DNA of 64,000 bases from Octopus bimaculoides. Its lineage: Eukaryota. The translations under genes and the position numbers were made by a program. Position 1 is the first letter of the stretch. Each line of letters begins with the position of its first letter. Of this stretch, positions 63,991-64,000 are shown piece after piece. The stretch is from NCBI RefSeq assembly GCF_001194135.2, contig NC_068983.1:161248357-161312356 (forward strand). Direction: 5' to 3'. The notes under the pieces are model-generated. The model made no database searches. It worked only from the letters and a program-made list of their open reading frames with translations, and was not told where the DNA came from.

Positions 63991-64000
63991 GGTAATCATC

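Overview
AT-rich, gap-ridden (N-run) draft scaffold of a metazoan, most likely an octopus (inferred from the SINE families, microsatellite load and mollusc-type rRNA fragments). It is eukaryotic, with no operons or CRISPR. One host gene runs on the + strand: a secreted chordin-like (CHRDL-type, VWC/cysteine-rich repeat) BMP antagonist. Its well-supported exons are 50746-50816, 54693-54802, 55519-55618 and 61170-61339. A candidate ATG exon lies at 10086-10222, which would give a ~40.5-kb intron, and the gene continues past the window. The remainder is transposon debris: an RTE LINE C-terminus with two C2H2 fingers, Tigger/pogo, mariner, Merlin (TIRs plus 8-bp TSD), a hAT MITE, a CR1/L2-type RT fragment and about five SINE families. 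The most unusual items are: (1) a tRNA-headed element carrying a minimal hammerhead ribozyme and inserted twice as TSD-flanked inverted arms, the hallmark of Penelope-like mobilisation; (2) a SINE whose middle is replaced by 268 bp of 18S rRNA inside an intact TSD; (3) a 5S rRNA-tRNA SINE fusion; (4) a Merlin-type MITE with inverted telomeric repeats at its centre. All family assignments come from motif recognition by eye, not database searches.
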